Positions 9,437 through 19,758 of a stretch of DNA of 64,000 nt are shown piece after piece. A program made the translations under genes and the position numbers. Within the stretch, counting starts at the first letter, position 1; each line of letters begins with the position of its first letter. The stretch comes from Candidatus Omnitrophota bacterium. Lineage in GTDB: Bacteria; Omnitrophota; Gorgyraeia; Zapsychrales; Zapsychraceae. Location of the stretch: positions 77,547 to 141,546 of the forward strand of contig JBFWOS010000002.1 in NCBI GenBank assembly GCA_050250375.1, written 5' to 3'. The notes under the pieces are model-generated. The model did no database searches. It worked only from the letters and a program-made list of their open reading frames with translations, and was not told where the DNA came from.

Positions 9437-10218
9437 TAATACCACAACCTGAACATCAGAAGTCCTGGCTGAACCGTGTTAATTCGACGTGGGGCTTTGG
9501 TCTGGCTTTTTCATTGGGTGTAGAGGACGGTTTTAATATTAATTCGTTGTCGGTAGCTATGCTTTTTTTCATTTTTCTGGTCTACGTGGTCCGGTCACCC
9601 AAGAATATTATTTTCTCCGGCCTGTTATGTATGACGCTGCAATTGATGGTGTTGACCTCGATGGTTCATGGAAATTTCGACATCCTGCTTAGCCGGGAAA
9701 GTGTATATCAATATGTTAAAATCCTTTGCGGGTTACTGGGGCTGATTTTTCTTATGATCGGGTTTTTCTATTTTCGCGATTGGTGGCAGCTTCGTATAGG
9801 GGGAGGCCGTCAAAAACAATGGATTCATCTTCCAACGCCATTAGAAACGAACGAAAAATCGGAAGGGTTGTTGATCGTTAAGTTTTTTATCAGCCTTTTT
9901 TACTGGGTGCTGGCCATGCTATTTGGCGCAGTTATCGTCCTCATTAGTTCTTATGCGGTACAGGATTACACAATGTTTATTATGTTGCTGGATTCTGTCT
10001 CTCAAGAAAAAATCAATTTTGGGGAACAGGCGGTTATGATATACGGACTAGCGTATTTAATTCCAACATCTGTTCTATGTATTATGGCGGGGTTATATAG
10101 TTTTAATGGAGGATTTCGGAAATATGTTGAACGGTCTCTATCCATAGTTAAGATTATTCTATCAGCCGTTTTTTTTTCATTTGGTATCGGTTTGATGATC
10201 ACATTTTATGCGATGTAA
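9433..10218 (+). CDS. Hypothetical polytopic membrane protein
   Basis: Several long hydrophobic segments. It is translationally coupled to serA by a 4-nt overlap. No family was recognised. Confidence 0.45.
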   Translation: MIIPQPEHQKSWLNRVNSTWGFGLAFSLGVEDGFNINSLSVAMLFFIFLVYVVRSPKNIIFSGLLCMTLQLMVLTSMVHGNFDILLSRESVYQYVKILCGLLGLIFLMIGFFYFRDWWQLRIGGGRQKQWIHLPTPLETNEKSEGLLIVKFFISLFYWVLAMLFGAVIVLISSYAVQDYTMFIMLLDSVSQEKINFGEQAVMIYGLAYLIPTSVLCIMAGLYSFNGGFRKYVERSLSIVKIILSAVFFSFGIGLMITFYAM

Positions 10219-10242
10219 ATTTTAATACCATCAATTATCTAA

Positions 10243-11529
<1,287 letters not shown>

Positions 11530-11570
11530 TATCGTATCTCATTGCAATAGCTTAAGTTGTTTTAATTTTC

Positions 11571-11599
11571 TTGACTTTAAATTATACTCATGATAATGT
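11571..11599 (+). promoter_or_regulatory. Candidate sigma70 promoter for the OmpA-family gene
   Basis: -35 TTGACT (11571-11576), a 17-nt spacer, and an extended -10 TGaTAATGT (11591-11599). AAAGGAGG RBS lies upstream of ATG 11624. Confidence 0.4.
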
Positions 11600-11623
11600 G
11601 GGGTACAGTCAAAGGAGGAAGGC

Positions 11624-12259
11624 ATGCGTTATTTTTTAAATAGAGTATTTACTCTAATTATCTTGATTATCAGTGGAATTTCTTTAAGTGGTTGTACGGT
11701 AATATTTCAAAAAGGAAGACGTGTCGATGTTGAGAAGATTTCCACTTTAAAAAACGAATTAACAAATCTAGAACGAGAAAAATCTGACCTCGAAAGAGCG
11801 AAAAGTGAACTTGAAAAACGTTTGTCGACTGAGATTGATGATCAAGAAGTCAAAGTGGAGATGCTCGAACGCGGCCTGGTCATCACATTTGTAGCGGAAG
11901 TATTATTTGATTCGGGCAAAGCCGACCTTCGTAAAGGATCAAACGAGAAGTTGGATAAAGTGGCCCGAGTTCTGAATACAACGGTTAAAGATTTAAATGT
12001 CGGTATTGAAGGGCATACAGATAATGTGCCCATCAAACATTCAGGCTGGAAATCAAACTGGGAGTTATCCTCAGCCCGGGCTTTAAGTGTATTACATATG
12101 CTGGTCAATGATTTTAAAGTGATACCTACAAGGCTGTCCGCTACGGGCTTTGGAGAATATAAACCGGTTGCTCCCAATACAACCAGTGAAGGCCGTCAGA
12201 AAAACCGTCGGGTTGAGATTGTTATATTGCCTGAAACGACGATAGAAGGCCGGAAGTAA
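11624..12259 (+). CDS. OmpA/MotB-family peptidoglycan-binding lipoprotein with a coiled-coil spacer
   Basis: Lipobox 'ISLSGC' and a heptad-rich segment 'LKNELTNLEREKSDLERAKSELEKRL'. OmpA_C motifs: 'IEGHTDNVP', 'NWELSSARA' and 'NRRVEIV'. Confidence 0.8.
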   Translation: MRYFLNRVFTLIILIISGISLSGCTVIFQKGRRVDVEKISTLKNELTNLEREKSDLERAKSELEKRLSTEIDDQEVKVEMLERGLVITFVAEVLFDSGKADLRKGSNEKLDKVARVLNTTVKDLNVGIEGHTDNVPIKHSGWKSNWELSSARALSVLHMLVNDFKVIPTRLSATGFGEYKPVAPNTTSEGRQKNRRVEIVILPETTIEGRK

Positions 12260-12264
12260 ACCCC

Positions 12265-12609
12265 ATGAAAATGTTTATTACAATACTTGCGATTGTTTTA
12301 GCCGCAGCTGGCGTCGGCTTATCCTACCGGTATTACAAGAATGCCGGCAAAGCGATCAATGAATTAAACCAGGAGCGGTACCTTCGCATGGTGGCTGAAG
12401 AAAATTTGCAAAATTCCAAATTAGAGGTCAAGGGTCTTGATAGCCAATTGAAGAAATCCGATCAAAAAGTTATTAATCTTGAGAATAAAATAGAAAAGAT
12501 TACGGCGATCAATGAAGATTTGAAACTGCGGTTGGATAAAGCGGCTGAAATTCACAAGCGCTTGGAACAAAAGATTCTGGAATTTGAACAAATTTCGCAG
12601 CAATTGTAG
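12265..12609 (+). CDS. Small membrane-anchored coiled-coil protein (FtsB/DivIC-like architecture; function unknown)
   Basis: N-terminal TM segment 'ITILAIVLAAAGVGL' followed by ~90 aa of heptad-rich sequence. It is 5 nt downstream of the OmpA-like gene and is followed by an intrinsic terminator. Confidence 0.45.
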   Translation: MKMFITILAIVLAAAGVGLSYRYYKNAGKAINELNQERYLRMVAEENLQNSKLEVKGLDSQLKKSDQKVINLENKIEKITAINEDLKLRLDKAAEIHKRLEQKILEFEQISQQL

Positions 12610-12650
12610 CCGTGTAATCAAAAAAGCTTTAACGATATGAAGCTTTGTGA

Positions 12651-12680
12651 TGGGGGATTAGATATCCCCCATTTTATTTG
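12651..12680 (+). terminator. Rho-independent terminator
   Basis: Stem 'TGGGGGAT'/'ATCCCCCA' with a short loop, then 'TTTTATTT'. Confidence 0.6.
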
Positions 12681-12688
12681 TAAAGAAA

Positions 12689-13429
12689 ATGAATAGTAAA
12701 ATTGACCCTTTAAGAATACCGAATCATGTCGCCATTATCATGGATGGAAATGGTCGCTGGGCAGAACAGCAAAATCTTTCCAGGACGCAGGGACATATTG
12801 CGGGTGTCAAACGAGTCGAAGAAATTATTGATTACGCTGGTGAAATAGGAATCAAGGTTGTTACACTCTATACGTTTTCATCCGAAAACTGGAATAGACC
12901 GAGTAATGAAGTTTCGACGATTATGAATATTGTGACAGCGGTTCTGAATCGAAAGATCAAGAAATTGAAGCAGAACAACATGAAGTTTGGGATGATCGGT
13001 CGGGAAGATGGATTGCCGGAAACAGCCTTGGATGCCATTAAGATGGTCGTTGAAGAAACCAAGGATAACACCGGTATAATCATTAATCTTGCATTTAATT
13101 ACGGGGCGCGGATAGAAATTGTTGATGCGATAAAGCAGATATCAGAATCCGTTAAAAAAGGCTCTTTAAATGTCGAAGAAATCGACGAAAAGACGGTCAG
13201 CCAGTCACTATACACTCGTGAATTACCTGACCCGGATTTGTTGATCCGAACTTCCGGAGAAAAAAGGATCAGTAATTTTTTATTATGGCAATTGTCTTAT
13301 GCTGAATTTTATTTTACGGAAAGATATTGGCCTGATTTTGATATTGCAGCATTTGAAGAAGCGCTGATTGATTATCAGAACCGACAACGGCGTTTTGGAA
13401 ACCTTTCGTCCCAAGCGAAAACAGAATGA
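12689..13429 (+). CDS. uppS: Undecaprenyl pyrophosphate synthase (cis-isoprenyl transferase)
   Basis: 'HVAIIMDGNGRWA' and the family-typical 'RTSGE.R.SNFLLWQ' region. Confidence 0.93.
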   Translation: MNSKIDPLRIPNHVAIIMDGNGRWAEQQNLSRTQGHIAGVKRVEEIIDYAGEIGIKVVTLYTFSSENWNRPSNEVSTIMNIVTAVLNRKIKKLKQNNMKFGMIGREDGLPETALDAIKMVVEETKDNTGIIINLAFNYGARIEIVDAIKQISESVKKGSLNVEEIDEKTVSQSLYTRELPDPDLLIRTSGEKRISNFLLWQLSYAEFYFTERYWPDFDIAAFEEALIDYQNRQRRFGNLSSQAKTE

Positions 13430-14244
13430 ATAAAGACCGATGGTTTAGTTCGATAGTCATGATTTCCCTGACCGTTGTTGCAATTTTGAATCAATGGGTT
13501 TTTCTTTTTGTTTTATTGGCGCTAACGATTGGAGGTATGTACGAATTCTTTTATCTTATCAAGAAGAAAGGAATTCCTATATACAGTTATACAGGAATAG
13601 CGATCGGTACAGTTATTCCGTTATTCGCCTTCTTTCAGGTCGAACCCACCCGTAAGTGGGAAGTGTTGTTTATTGTCATTGCTCTTTTGACAATTTTTAT
13701 TTTGCAATTAAGCCGGAATGATAATCACAATGCGATTGTCGGTATATCAACGACTCTTTTTGGAGTCCTATATGTATCTTGGTTTTTCAGCTATTTAGTT
13801 AAAATACGTTATCTTATGCCCGACGTACCGATGGCCGGGATGAAACTTTTGGCATTTTTATTATTAGTTACTAAATGCGGAGATATAGGCGCCCTGCTGA
13901 TTGGTTCGAAGTATGGAAAAAAGCTTTTGGTTCCGAAAATCAGTCCGAAAAAGACAGTCGAGGGGGCATTGGGCAGCACACTGTTCAGTGTGTTGGCTGC
14001 CGTCCTTGGCTGCTCGTTGATACCGGCAGAATTGAATCTTTCGATTTTTCATATTGCTGTCATGGGTGCCGTTTTCGGGGGGTTAGGTCAGTTGGGGGAC
14101 ATGTCTGAATCGATGATTAAGCGGGATTGCGGTGTTAAAGATTCCGGAAAAATGTTACCAGGATTGGGGGGAGCGTTAGACGCCATTGACAGCTTGTTGT
14201 TTTCGGCCCCTGTTTATTATTTTTATTTAATTTCTTTGATTTAG
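13426..14244 (+). CDS. cdsA: Phosphatidate cytidylyltransferase
   Basis: Polytopic membrane protein with the C-terminal CTP-transferase signature 'KRDCGVKDSGKMLPGLGGALD..DS'. It is in the uppS-cdsA-dxr-rseP order. Confidence 0.85.
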   Translation: MNKDRWFSSIVMISLTVVAILNQWVFLFVLLALTIGGMYEFFYLIKKKGIPIYSYTGIAIGTVIPLFAFFQVEPTRKWEVLFIVIALLTIFILQLSRNDNHNAIVGISTTLFGVLYVSWFFSYLVKIRYLMPDVPMAGMKLLAFLLLVTKCGDIGALLIGSKYGKKLLVPKISPKKTVEGALGSTLFSVLAAVLGCSLIPAELNLSIFHIAVMGAVFGGLGQLGDMSESMIKRDCGVKDSGKMLPGLGGALDAIDSLLFSAPVYYFYLISLI

Positions 14245-14255
14245 AATGGCATCAA

Positions 14256-15410
14256 ATGGGTTTTAAAAATGTCGTCATATTGGGGTCAACCGGTTCAATC
14301 GGGATCAATACTCTAAAAGTTGTAGAAAGGTATCCTGATCAGTTTAAAGTCTACGCTCTAAGCGCGTATAATAATATTAAGCTCCTTGAAAAACAGATAA
14401 AGAAATTTTCGCCTAAATATGTGGCGGTCAGCGACAAGGGATTTGAATATTTTAAGGGACGGAATTTTGAGGGGATCAAATTTCTGAAGGTCGACAGAGA
14501 TCTGGATTTTTTGGTCGCGGAAAGAGCAGTGACCAATGTTGTTATTGGTATGCGGGGTAGCGCGGCGTTAGGGCCTTTCCTAAGTGCGGTACGCAGCGGA
14601 AAAATGGTCGCTCCGGCAAATAAGGAAGCTTTGGTGATTGCCGGGGATTTGATCATGCGAGAAGCCCGTCAAAATAAAGCTGTTATTGTCCCTGTTGACA
14701 GTGAACAAAGCGCGATTTTTCAGTGTTTGCAAGGACAGAACCGTGGTGAATTAAAGAAGGTCTGGCTGACTGCATCGGGGGGAACGCTTCGCGAAGTTGA
14801 TCGGGTTCAATTTGACCGATTGACCGTTCGCGAAATCCTGGAGCACCCGCGCTGGAAAATGGGGAGAAAGATCACGATTGATTCAGCGACTTTGATGAAT
14901 AAGGGATTTGAAGTCATTGAAGCCATGCGGCTGTTTGATTTGACTGTCGAGCAGGTTGAAGTGATTGTACACCCTGAAGCTATTATTCATTCAATGGTTG
15001 AATTTATGGATGGCTCAATCATGGCTCAATTGGGTGTCACCGATATGCGGTTGCCCATTCAATATGCTCTAACCTATCCGAGAAGACTGGATGTCGGGCT
15101 GAAGAGCATGGATTTTTATAAATTAAAATCTTTGAATTTTGAAAAACCGGATTACAAAAAATTTCCGGCGTTATCGTTGGCCATTTATGTAGCCAAAATT
15201 GGAGGGACATTGCCAAGTGTGTTGAATGCCGCGGATGAAGAAGTGGTCGAGGCTTTTTTGGAGGAGAGAATAAAATTTACGGAAATATTTAAGATTGTTG
15301 AGAAGATTATAACAAGACATAAAACGATTCTAAAACCCACTCTTAACCAGATATTGGAGGCCGACCGTTGGGCCCGAGATGAAACAAGAAAGGTTATGAA
15401 TAAAAAATGA
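14256..15410 (+). CDS. dxr: 1-deoxy-D-xylulose 5-phosphate reductoisomerase
   Basis: 'ILGSTGSIG' NADPH motif, plus length and context. Confidence 0.92.
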   Translation: MGFKNVVILGSTGSIGINTLKVVERYPDQFKVYALSAYNNIKLLEKQIKKFSPKYVAVSDKGFEYFKGRNFEGIKFLKVDRDLDFLVAERAVTNVVIGMRGSAALGPFLSAVRSGKMVAPANKEALVIAGDLIMREARQNKAVIVPVDSEQSAIFQCLQGQNRGELKKVWLTASGGTLREVDRVQFDRLTVREILEHPRWKMGRKITIDSATLMNKGFEVIEAMRLFDLTVEQVEVIVHPEAIIHSMVEFMDGSIMAQLGVTDMRLPIQYALTYPRRLDVGLKSMDFYKLKSLNFEKPDYKKFPALSLAIYVAKIGGTLPSVLNAADEEVVEAFLEERIKFTEIFKIVEKIITRHKTILKPTLNQILEADRWARDETRKVMNKK

Positions 15411-16801
15411 TAGCATTTGATGGAATTCTAGGGGGAGTTCAAAGCACGGCAGTGTTTATTGCCGTCTTAAGTATTTTAATCGTTGTTCATGAATGGGGTC
15501 ATTTTATTACCGCCAAACTATTGGGGATCAGGGTAGATGAATTCGCCTTGGGATTCGGACCGACGTTATGGGCTAAGAAATACAATGGAACAAACTATAT
15601 GCTTAAATTATATCCTTTGGGCGGATATGTCCGGATGGCCGGAGATGAACGATCCAAATGTACTGGCGCTCCCGATGAATATTACTCTAAATCTCCGGGA
15701 CGAAGAGCGCTGGTTGTTTTTAACGGTCCCTTGGTCAATTTTTTCCTGGCGTATTTCAGTCTGATTTTTGTTTTTATGCTTGGATATCCTGGTTTGGCAA
15801 CGACAGTTACGGAAGTAGTCCCTGACGGACCAGCCAAATTAACACAGATAAGACAATCGGATGAGGTAGTTGCCATTAATGGTAAGAAAATATACGGCTG
15901 GCTGCATTTGGAGCGTATTCTGGAAGGAAAAACAGTTGAGCCGATCAAGGTTACAGTCAATCGGAACGGTACATTAATTGAATCAACGATTCAGCCAAAG
16001 ATTGAAACGAGACCAAATTTACTAGGTATCCCGACTTCCTTCAGAGATATAGGACTAGGCTTTTTACCCAATAAAGTCGGAGGTGTTGGAGAAGGCAGCC
16101 CGGCAGAGCGGGCCGGTTTGCAGATGGACGATATTGTGATTGAGATTGATTCCAAGACCATTACAAATTGGACATCCCTTCAGGAAGCGGTTGCTTCATC
16201 AAAGAACGAGACGATCAATTTAAAATTTATGCGTGGTGATAAAATATATGAAAAGGATGTCATTCCGGATTTGGTGGAAGTTGAAGACGAAGACGGCCAG
16301 AAAAAAACGGTCCGCCGTTTAGGGGTAGGCCCGATGCAGGATTTCGGTACATTTAAATTTAATTTTATTGATGCGTGTTATTACAGTTTTGACGAATTAT
16401 GGTATATAACCACATTAACTTATGAATCGTTGTACCGTATGGTGACCGGCAGTGTGAAGGCTAAAGACTCGGTAACAGGTCCGGTCGGAATATTTTATAT
16501 TGTTAAAGGAGCCGCTGAAGCCGGTTTATCACATTTGTTGTTTATTCTTGGGGTCATCAGTGCAAGCTTAGCGATATTTAATCTCCTTCCGATGCTACCA
16601 TTAGATGGAGGCCATTTGACTTTACTCGCCATAGAGAAGGTCAGGGGGAAACCGTTACCAGAAAAAATCGATGAATTTGTAGCCCGGCTGGGTTTCAGTT
16701 TGATTATCTTATTGGCTTTGTACGTATTTTATAGTGATTTTTCAAGATTCGGATGGATTGAAGGCGTAAAAGATTTTTTTATTAAACTGTTTAATAATTA
16801 A
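15407..16801 (+). CDS. rseP: RIP site-2 zinc metalloprotease (M50)
   Basis: 'HEWGHF' HExxH, a PDZ region and the 'NLLPMLPLDGGH' LDG motif. Confidence 0.9.
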   Translation: MIAFDGILGGVQSTAVFIAVLSILIVVHEWGHFITAKLLGIRVDEFALGFGPTLWAKKYNGTNYMLKLYPLGGYVRMAGDERSKCTGAPDEYYSKSPGRRALVVFNGPLVNFFLAYFSLIFVFMLGYPGLATTVTEVVPDGPAKLTQIRQSDEVVAINGKKIYGWLHLERILEGKTVEPIKVTVNRNGTLIESTIQPKIETRPNLLGIPTSFRDIGLGFLPNKVGGVGEGSPAERAGLQMDDIVIEIDSKTITNWTSLQEAVASSKNETINLKFMRGDKIYEKDVIPDLVEVEDEDGQKKTVRRLGVGPMQDFGTFKFNFIDACYYSFDELWYITTLTYESLYRMVTGSVKAKDSVTGPVGIFYIVKGAAEAGLSHLLFILGVISASLAIFNLLPMLPLDGGHLTLLAIEKVRGKPLPEKIDEFVARLGFSLIILLALYVFYSDFSRFGWIEGVKDFFIKLFNN

Positions 16802-16821
16802 CATGCAAACGAGGTGGAACA

Positions 16822-18090
16822 ATGGGACAAGACCTTAGAGATAAAGTTAACCGCTATTTGATCAACAGTACGGAATTTCTTAAGGTTAAAGACCAAATGA
16901 CGGAAGACCAGTTACGCACTTTTGTAAACCGGTCAATTGATGAAATGATCAATGAGCAGGATTTGGAGATTAGTATGACGGAACGAGGAGCGCTCATTAA
17001 ATCTCTGGTTAGCGCCGTTTTGAGTCTTGGGCCGCTTCGTCCGTTGATGGAAGATCCGACAATAACGGAAGTCATGGTGAATGGATTCGATACAGTTTAT
17101 ATTCAGCGGTATGGAAAAATCGTAAAAGCCGATGTTAAGTTTGACAGCAATGCGGAATTAGCCCACACGGTGCAAAAGATTCTGCAAACGTCCGAGTCTA
17201 ATAAGCGTTGTGATGAATCCTCACCGTATGTTGACTTCTCCTTGAGGGATGGTTCCCGGGTAAACGTGATCCTTCCGCCTTGTTCAACGATGGGGCCAAT
17301 TTTGACAATTCGTAAATTTAAAGAAGACATTACGTCGGTCGATCATCTTTTAAAAATTAAAGAATTGAACCAGGATATGGCCACGCTCTTGATAGCGGCC
17401 ATGGAAGCCAAGTTTAACGTTATTTTTTGCGGGGCAACAGGGGCTGGGAAAACGACCTGTATGAACTGTTTTTCGACTTATATTCCTGAACATGAACGGA
17501 TTATTACAATCGAGGATACTCCTGAATTAAATCTTACACAAGACCATGTCGTCAGTCTTCAATCTAAACCGCCGAACATTGAAGGAAAAGGTGAGATTAC
17601 GATGGCGGATCTCTTCACCAATTCATTGCGTATGCGGCCTGACCGAATTATTATCGGAGAAATTCGTGGGCGGGAAATGTTGGATTTGATCCAATCGATC
17701 AGTTCAGGCCACAGCGGTTCATTGGCGATCGTCCACGCCGAGTCACCGGAAGACTGTTTCAGTCGCATGGTCACGATGATGTTGATGACCGGGATAAGAT
17801 TAAGCAATGATGAAATCCAGAAACAGGTGGCCCGAGCCATTGATTTGATCGTTCACGTCGAATTATATAACGACGGGATCAGACGCGTTTCAAATATTAC
17901 CGATGTCATTTGGGACGATGAAAAGAAGAAAGTTTATTTGAATGATATCTTTTTATTCAAGCAAACAGGACGGATGATTGATAAGGTTTTGGAAGGAGAC
18001 TGGTATCATGATAAAAGACGACCGTCCTTCATGGCTAAATTTGCAAAACGCAGAGTTGAACTGCCGAAAGGCTTTTTTAACGAGGCATAA
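16822..18090 (+). CDS. cpaF: CpaF/TadA/VirB11-family secretion ATPase (orphan)
   Basis: Walker A 'GATGAGKTT', Walker B/Asp box 'DRIIIGEIRG' and His box 'GHSGSLAIVHAESPED'. The N-domain is typical of CpaF. No tadB/tadC/cpaE neighbours are present. Confidence 0.75.
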   Translation: MGQDLRDKVNRYLINSTEFLKVKDQMTEDQLRTFVNRSIDEMINEQDLEISMTERGALIKSLVSAVLSLGPLRPLMEDPTITEVMVNGFDTVYIQRYGKIVKADVKFDSNAELAHTVQKILQTSESNKRCDESSPYVDFSLRDGSRVNVILPPCSTMGPILTIRKFKEDITSVDHLLKIKELNQDMATLLIAAMEAKFNVIFCGATGAGKTTCMNCFSTYIPEHERIITIEDTPELNLTQDHVVSLQSKPPNIEGKGEITMADLFTNSLRMRPDRIIIGEIRGREMLDLIQSISSGHSGSLAIVHAESPEDCFSRMVTMMLMTGIRLSNDEIQKQVARAIDLIVHVELYNDGIRRVSNITDVIWDDEKKKVYLNDIFLFKQTGRMIDKVLEGDWYHDKRRPSFMAKFAKRRVELPKGFFNEA

Positions 18091-18092
18091 GA

Positions 18093-19286
18093 ATGTACTG
18101 GTCTAAATATTTTATTCCCACATTAAAAGAAATCCCGGTTGGAACAGAGGCCATCAGTCATCAATATTTGCTTCGCGCTGGGTTAGTCCAAATGTTGACG
18201 TCGGGGGTTTACACTTATCTGCCTTTGGGTTTAAAAGTTCTTTCAAATATCGAAAATATTATAAGAGAAGAAATGAACGCAGCCGGGGCCAATGAACTAT
18301 TTATGCCCTGTCTTCACCCACTCGATATTTGGAAACAAACAGGCAGAGATAAAACTCTTCAAGACGTCATGATTACATTTAAAGATGGCAAGGGCCGAGA
18401 TATGTGTCTAGGGCCGACCCATGAAGAAATCATTACAGATGTTGTTCGTAACCATGTCCGGTCGTATCGTCAGCTTCCGTTGACTTTGTATCAGATACAG
18501 ACGAAGTTCCGTGATGAAATGAGGCCGCGTTTCGGGATTGTCCGCGCTTGTGAGTTTATCATGAAGGATGCCTATAGTTTTGATCGTGACAAAGAAGGAC
18601 TTGATATTAACTATCAAAAAATGTATGAGGCCTATAAGCGGATTTTTAAACGGTTGGGCTTGGAGGTTGTCATCACCGAAGCTGATTCAGGAGCCATGGG
18701 AGGCGACCTCTCCCATGAATTTATGGTTCCGGCTAAGATTGGTGAAGATGAAGTGGAAGTCAACGGGGTAAAACAAGTGGCTATTGAGTTAGGCCATATT
18801 TTTCAGTTGGGCACAAAATATAGCCAGGCCCTCGGCGCGAATTTTTTAGATGAAGACGGAAAGTCTAAACCGGTTATTATGGGCTGTTACGGAATCGGTG
18901 TCAGCCGTGTTATCGCAGCCATCATCGAAGTGCATCATGACGACAAAGGAATTATCTGGCCTAAAGAGGTCGCCCCGTTTGATATCGAAATTTTACCGAT
19001 TTTTAAATCGGCCGGGGATGAAACGATGGTATTAGCAAAAGAATATTATGAAGAACTTTCCCGTTTGGGATTAAAAGTTTTATGTGATGACCGTGACGAT
19101 ACGGCCGGCAGAAAGTTTAATGATGCGGATTTGATCGGAATACCGCTTAGGCTGACCATTGGGCAGAGAAACCTGGCTGAGGGGAAAGTCGAATTGAAGA
19201 TCCGCCGGACGAATGAAGTCATATTGGAAAATAAAGACCGGGTTATTTCCCGGATAAAGGAGTTGTTAAGTCCGTCTGAATCATGA
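18093..19286 (+). CDS. proS: Prolyl-tRNA synthetase, compact bacterial type lacking the INS editing domain
   Basis: Class II motif 2 'FRDEMRPRFGIVRACEFIMKDAYSF' and motif 3 'GCYGIGVSRVIAAIIE', followed by an anticodon-binding domain. It is 397 aa, with only ~70 aa between motifs 2 and 3. Confidence 0.85.
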   Translation: MYWSKYFIPTLKEIPVGTEAISHQYLLRAGLVQMLTSGVYTYLPLGLKVLSNIENIIREEMNAAGANELFMPCLHPLDIWKQTGRDKTLQDVMITFKDGKGRDMCLGPTHEEIITDVVRNHVRSYRQLPLTLYQIQTKFRDEMRPRFGIVRACEFIMKDAYSFDRDKEGLDINYQKMYEAYKRIFKRLGLEVVITEADSGAMGGDLSHEFMVPAKIGEDEVEVNGVKQVAIELGHIFQLGTKYSQALGANFLDEDGKSKPVIMGCYGIGVSRVIAAIIEVHHDDKGIIWPKEVAPFDIEILPIFKSAGDETMVLAKEYYEELSRLGLKVLCDDRDDTAGRKFNDADLIGIPLRLTIGQRNLAEGKVELKIRRTNEVILENKDRVISRIKELLSPSES

Positions 19287-19738
19287 ACAGCGATTTTTAC
19301 AATCAGGTGAATTTGATTATTGAGCCACTTTTCGAGGAGTTCGGCGTTGACCTGGTGGATTTATCAATTAAGCATCAAAGTCGGACGATTCATGTGGATA
19401 TCCTGGCCGATAAACCCCAGGGGGGGATCACACTCGATATTTGTGCAAGATTAAATCAGCGAATATCGGCCCAGTTGGAAGAAAAAGATATTTTTGACTT
19501 GCCGTATATCGTCGGTGTTTCTTCTCCTGGTTTAGACCGTCCGTTAAAAGCAATCAAAGATTTTAAAAGAGTCATTGGCCGGGCTGTAAGGTTTTATCTG
19601 TCGGAGAGAGTCAACGATAAACTGGAACAAGTCGGGATCATACAGGAAGCCAATGAACATGAAATTATAATTAGTCAAAATAAAGAAATAATAAACATAC
19701 CTATTGAGATAATCAATAAAGCCATTCAGGAAATATAG
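19283..19738 (+). CDS. rimP: Ribosome maturation factor RimP
   Basis: DUF150-type N-terminus 'IEPLFEEFGVDLVDL'. It sits immediately upstream of nusA-infB. Confidence 0.85.
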   Translation: MNSDFYNQVNLIIEPLFEEFGVDLVDLSIKHQSRTIHVDILADKPQGGITLDICARLNQRISAQLEEKDIFDLPYIVGVSSPGLDRPLKAIKDFKRVIGRAVRFYLSERVNDKLEQVGIIQEANEHEIIISQNKEIINIPIEIINKAIQEI

Positions 19739-19758
19739 AATGAGAGGAAGGATGAACG

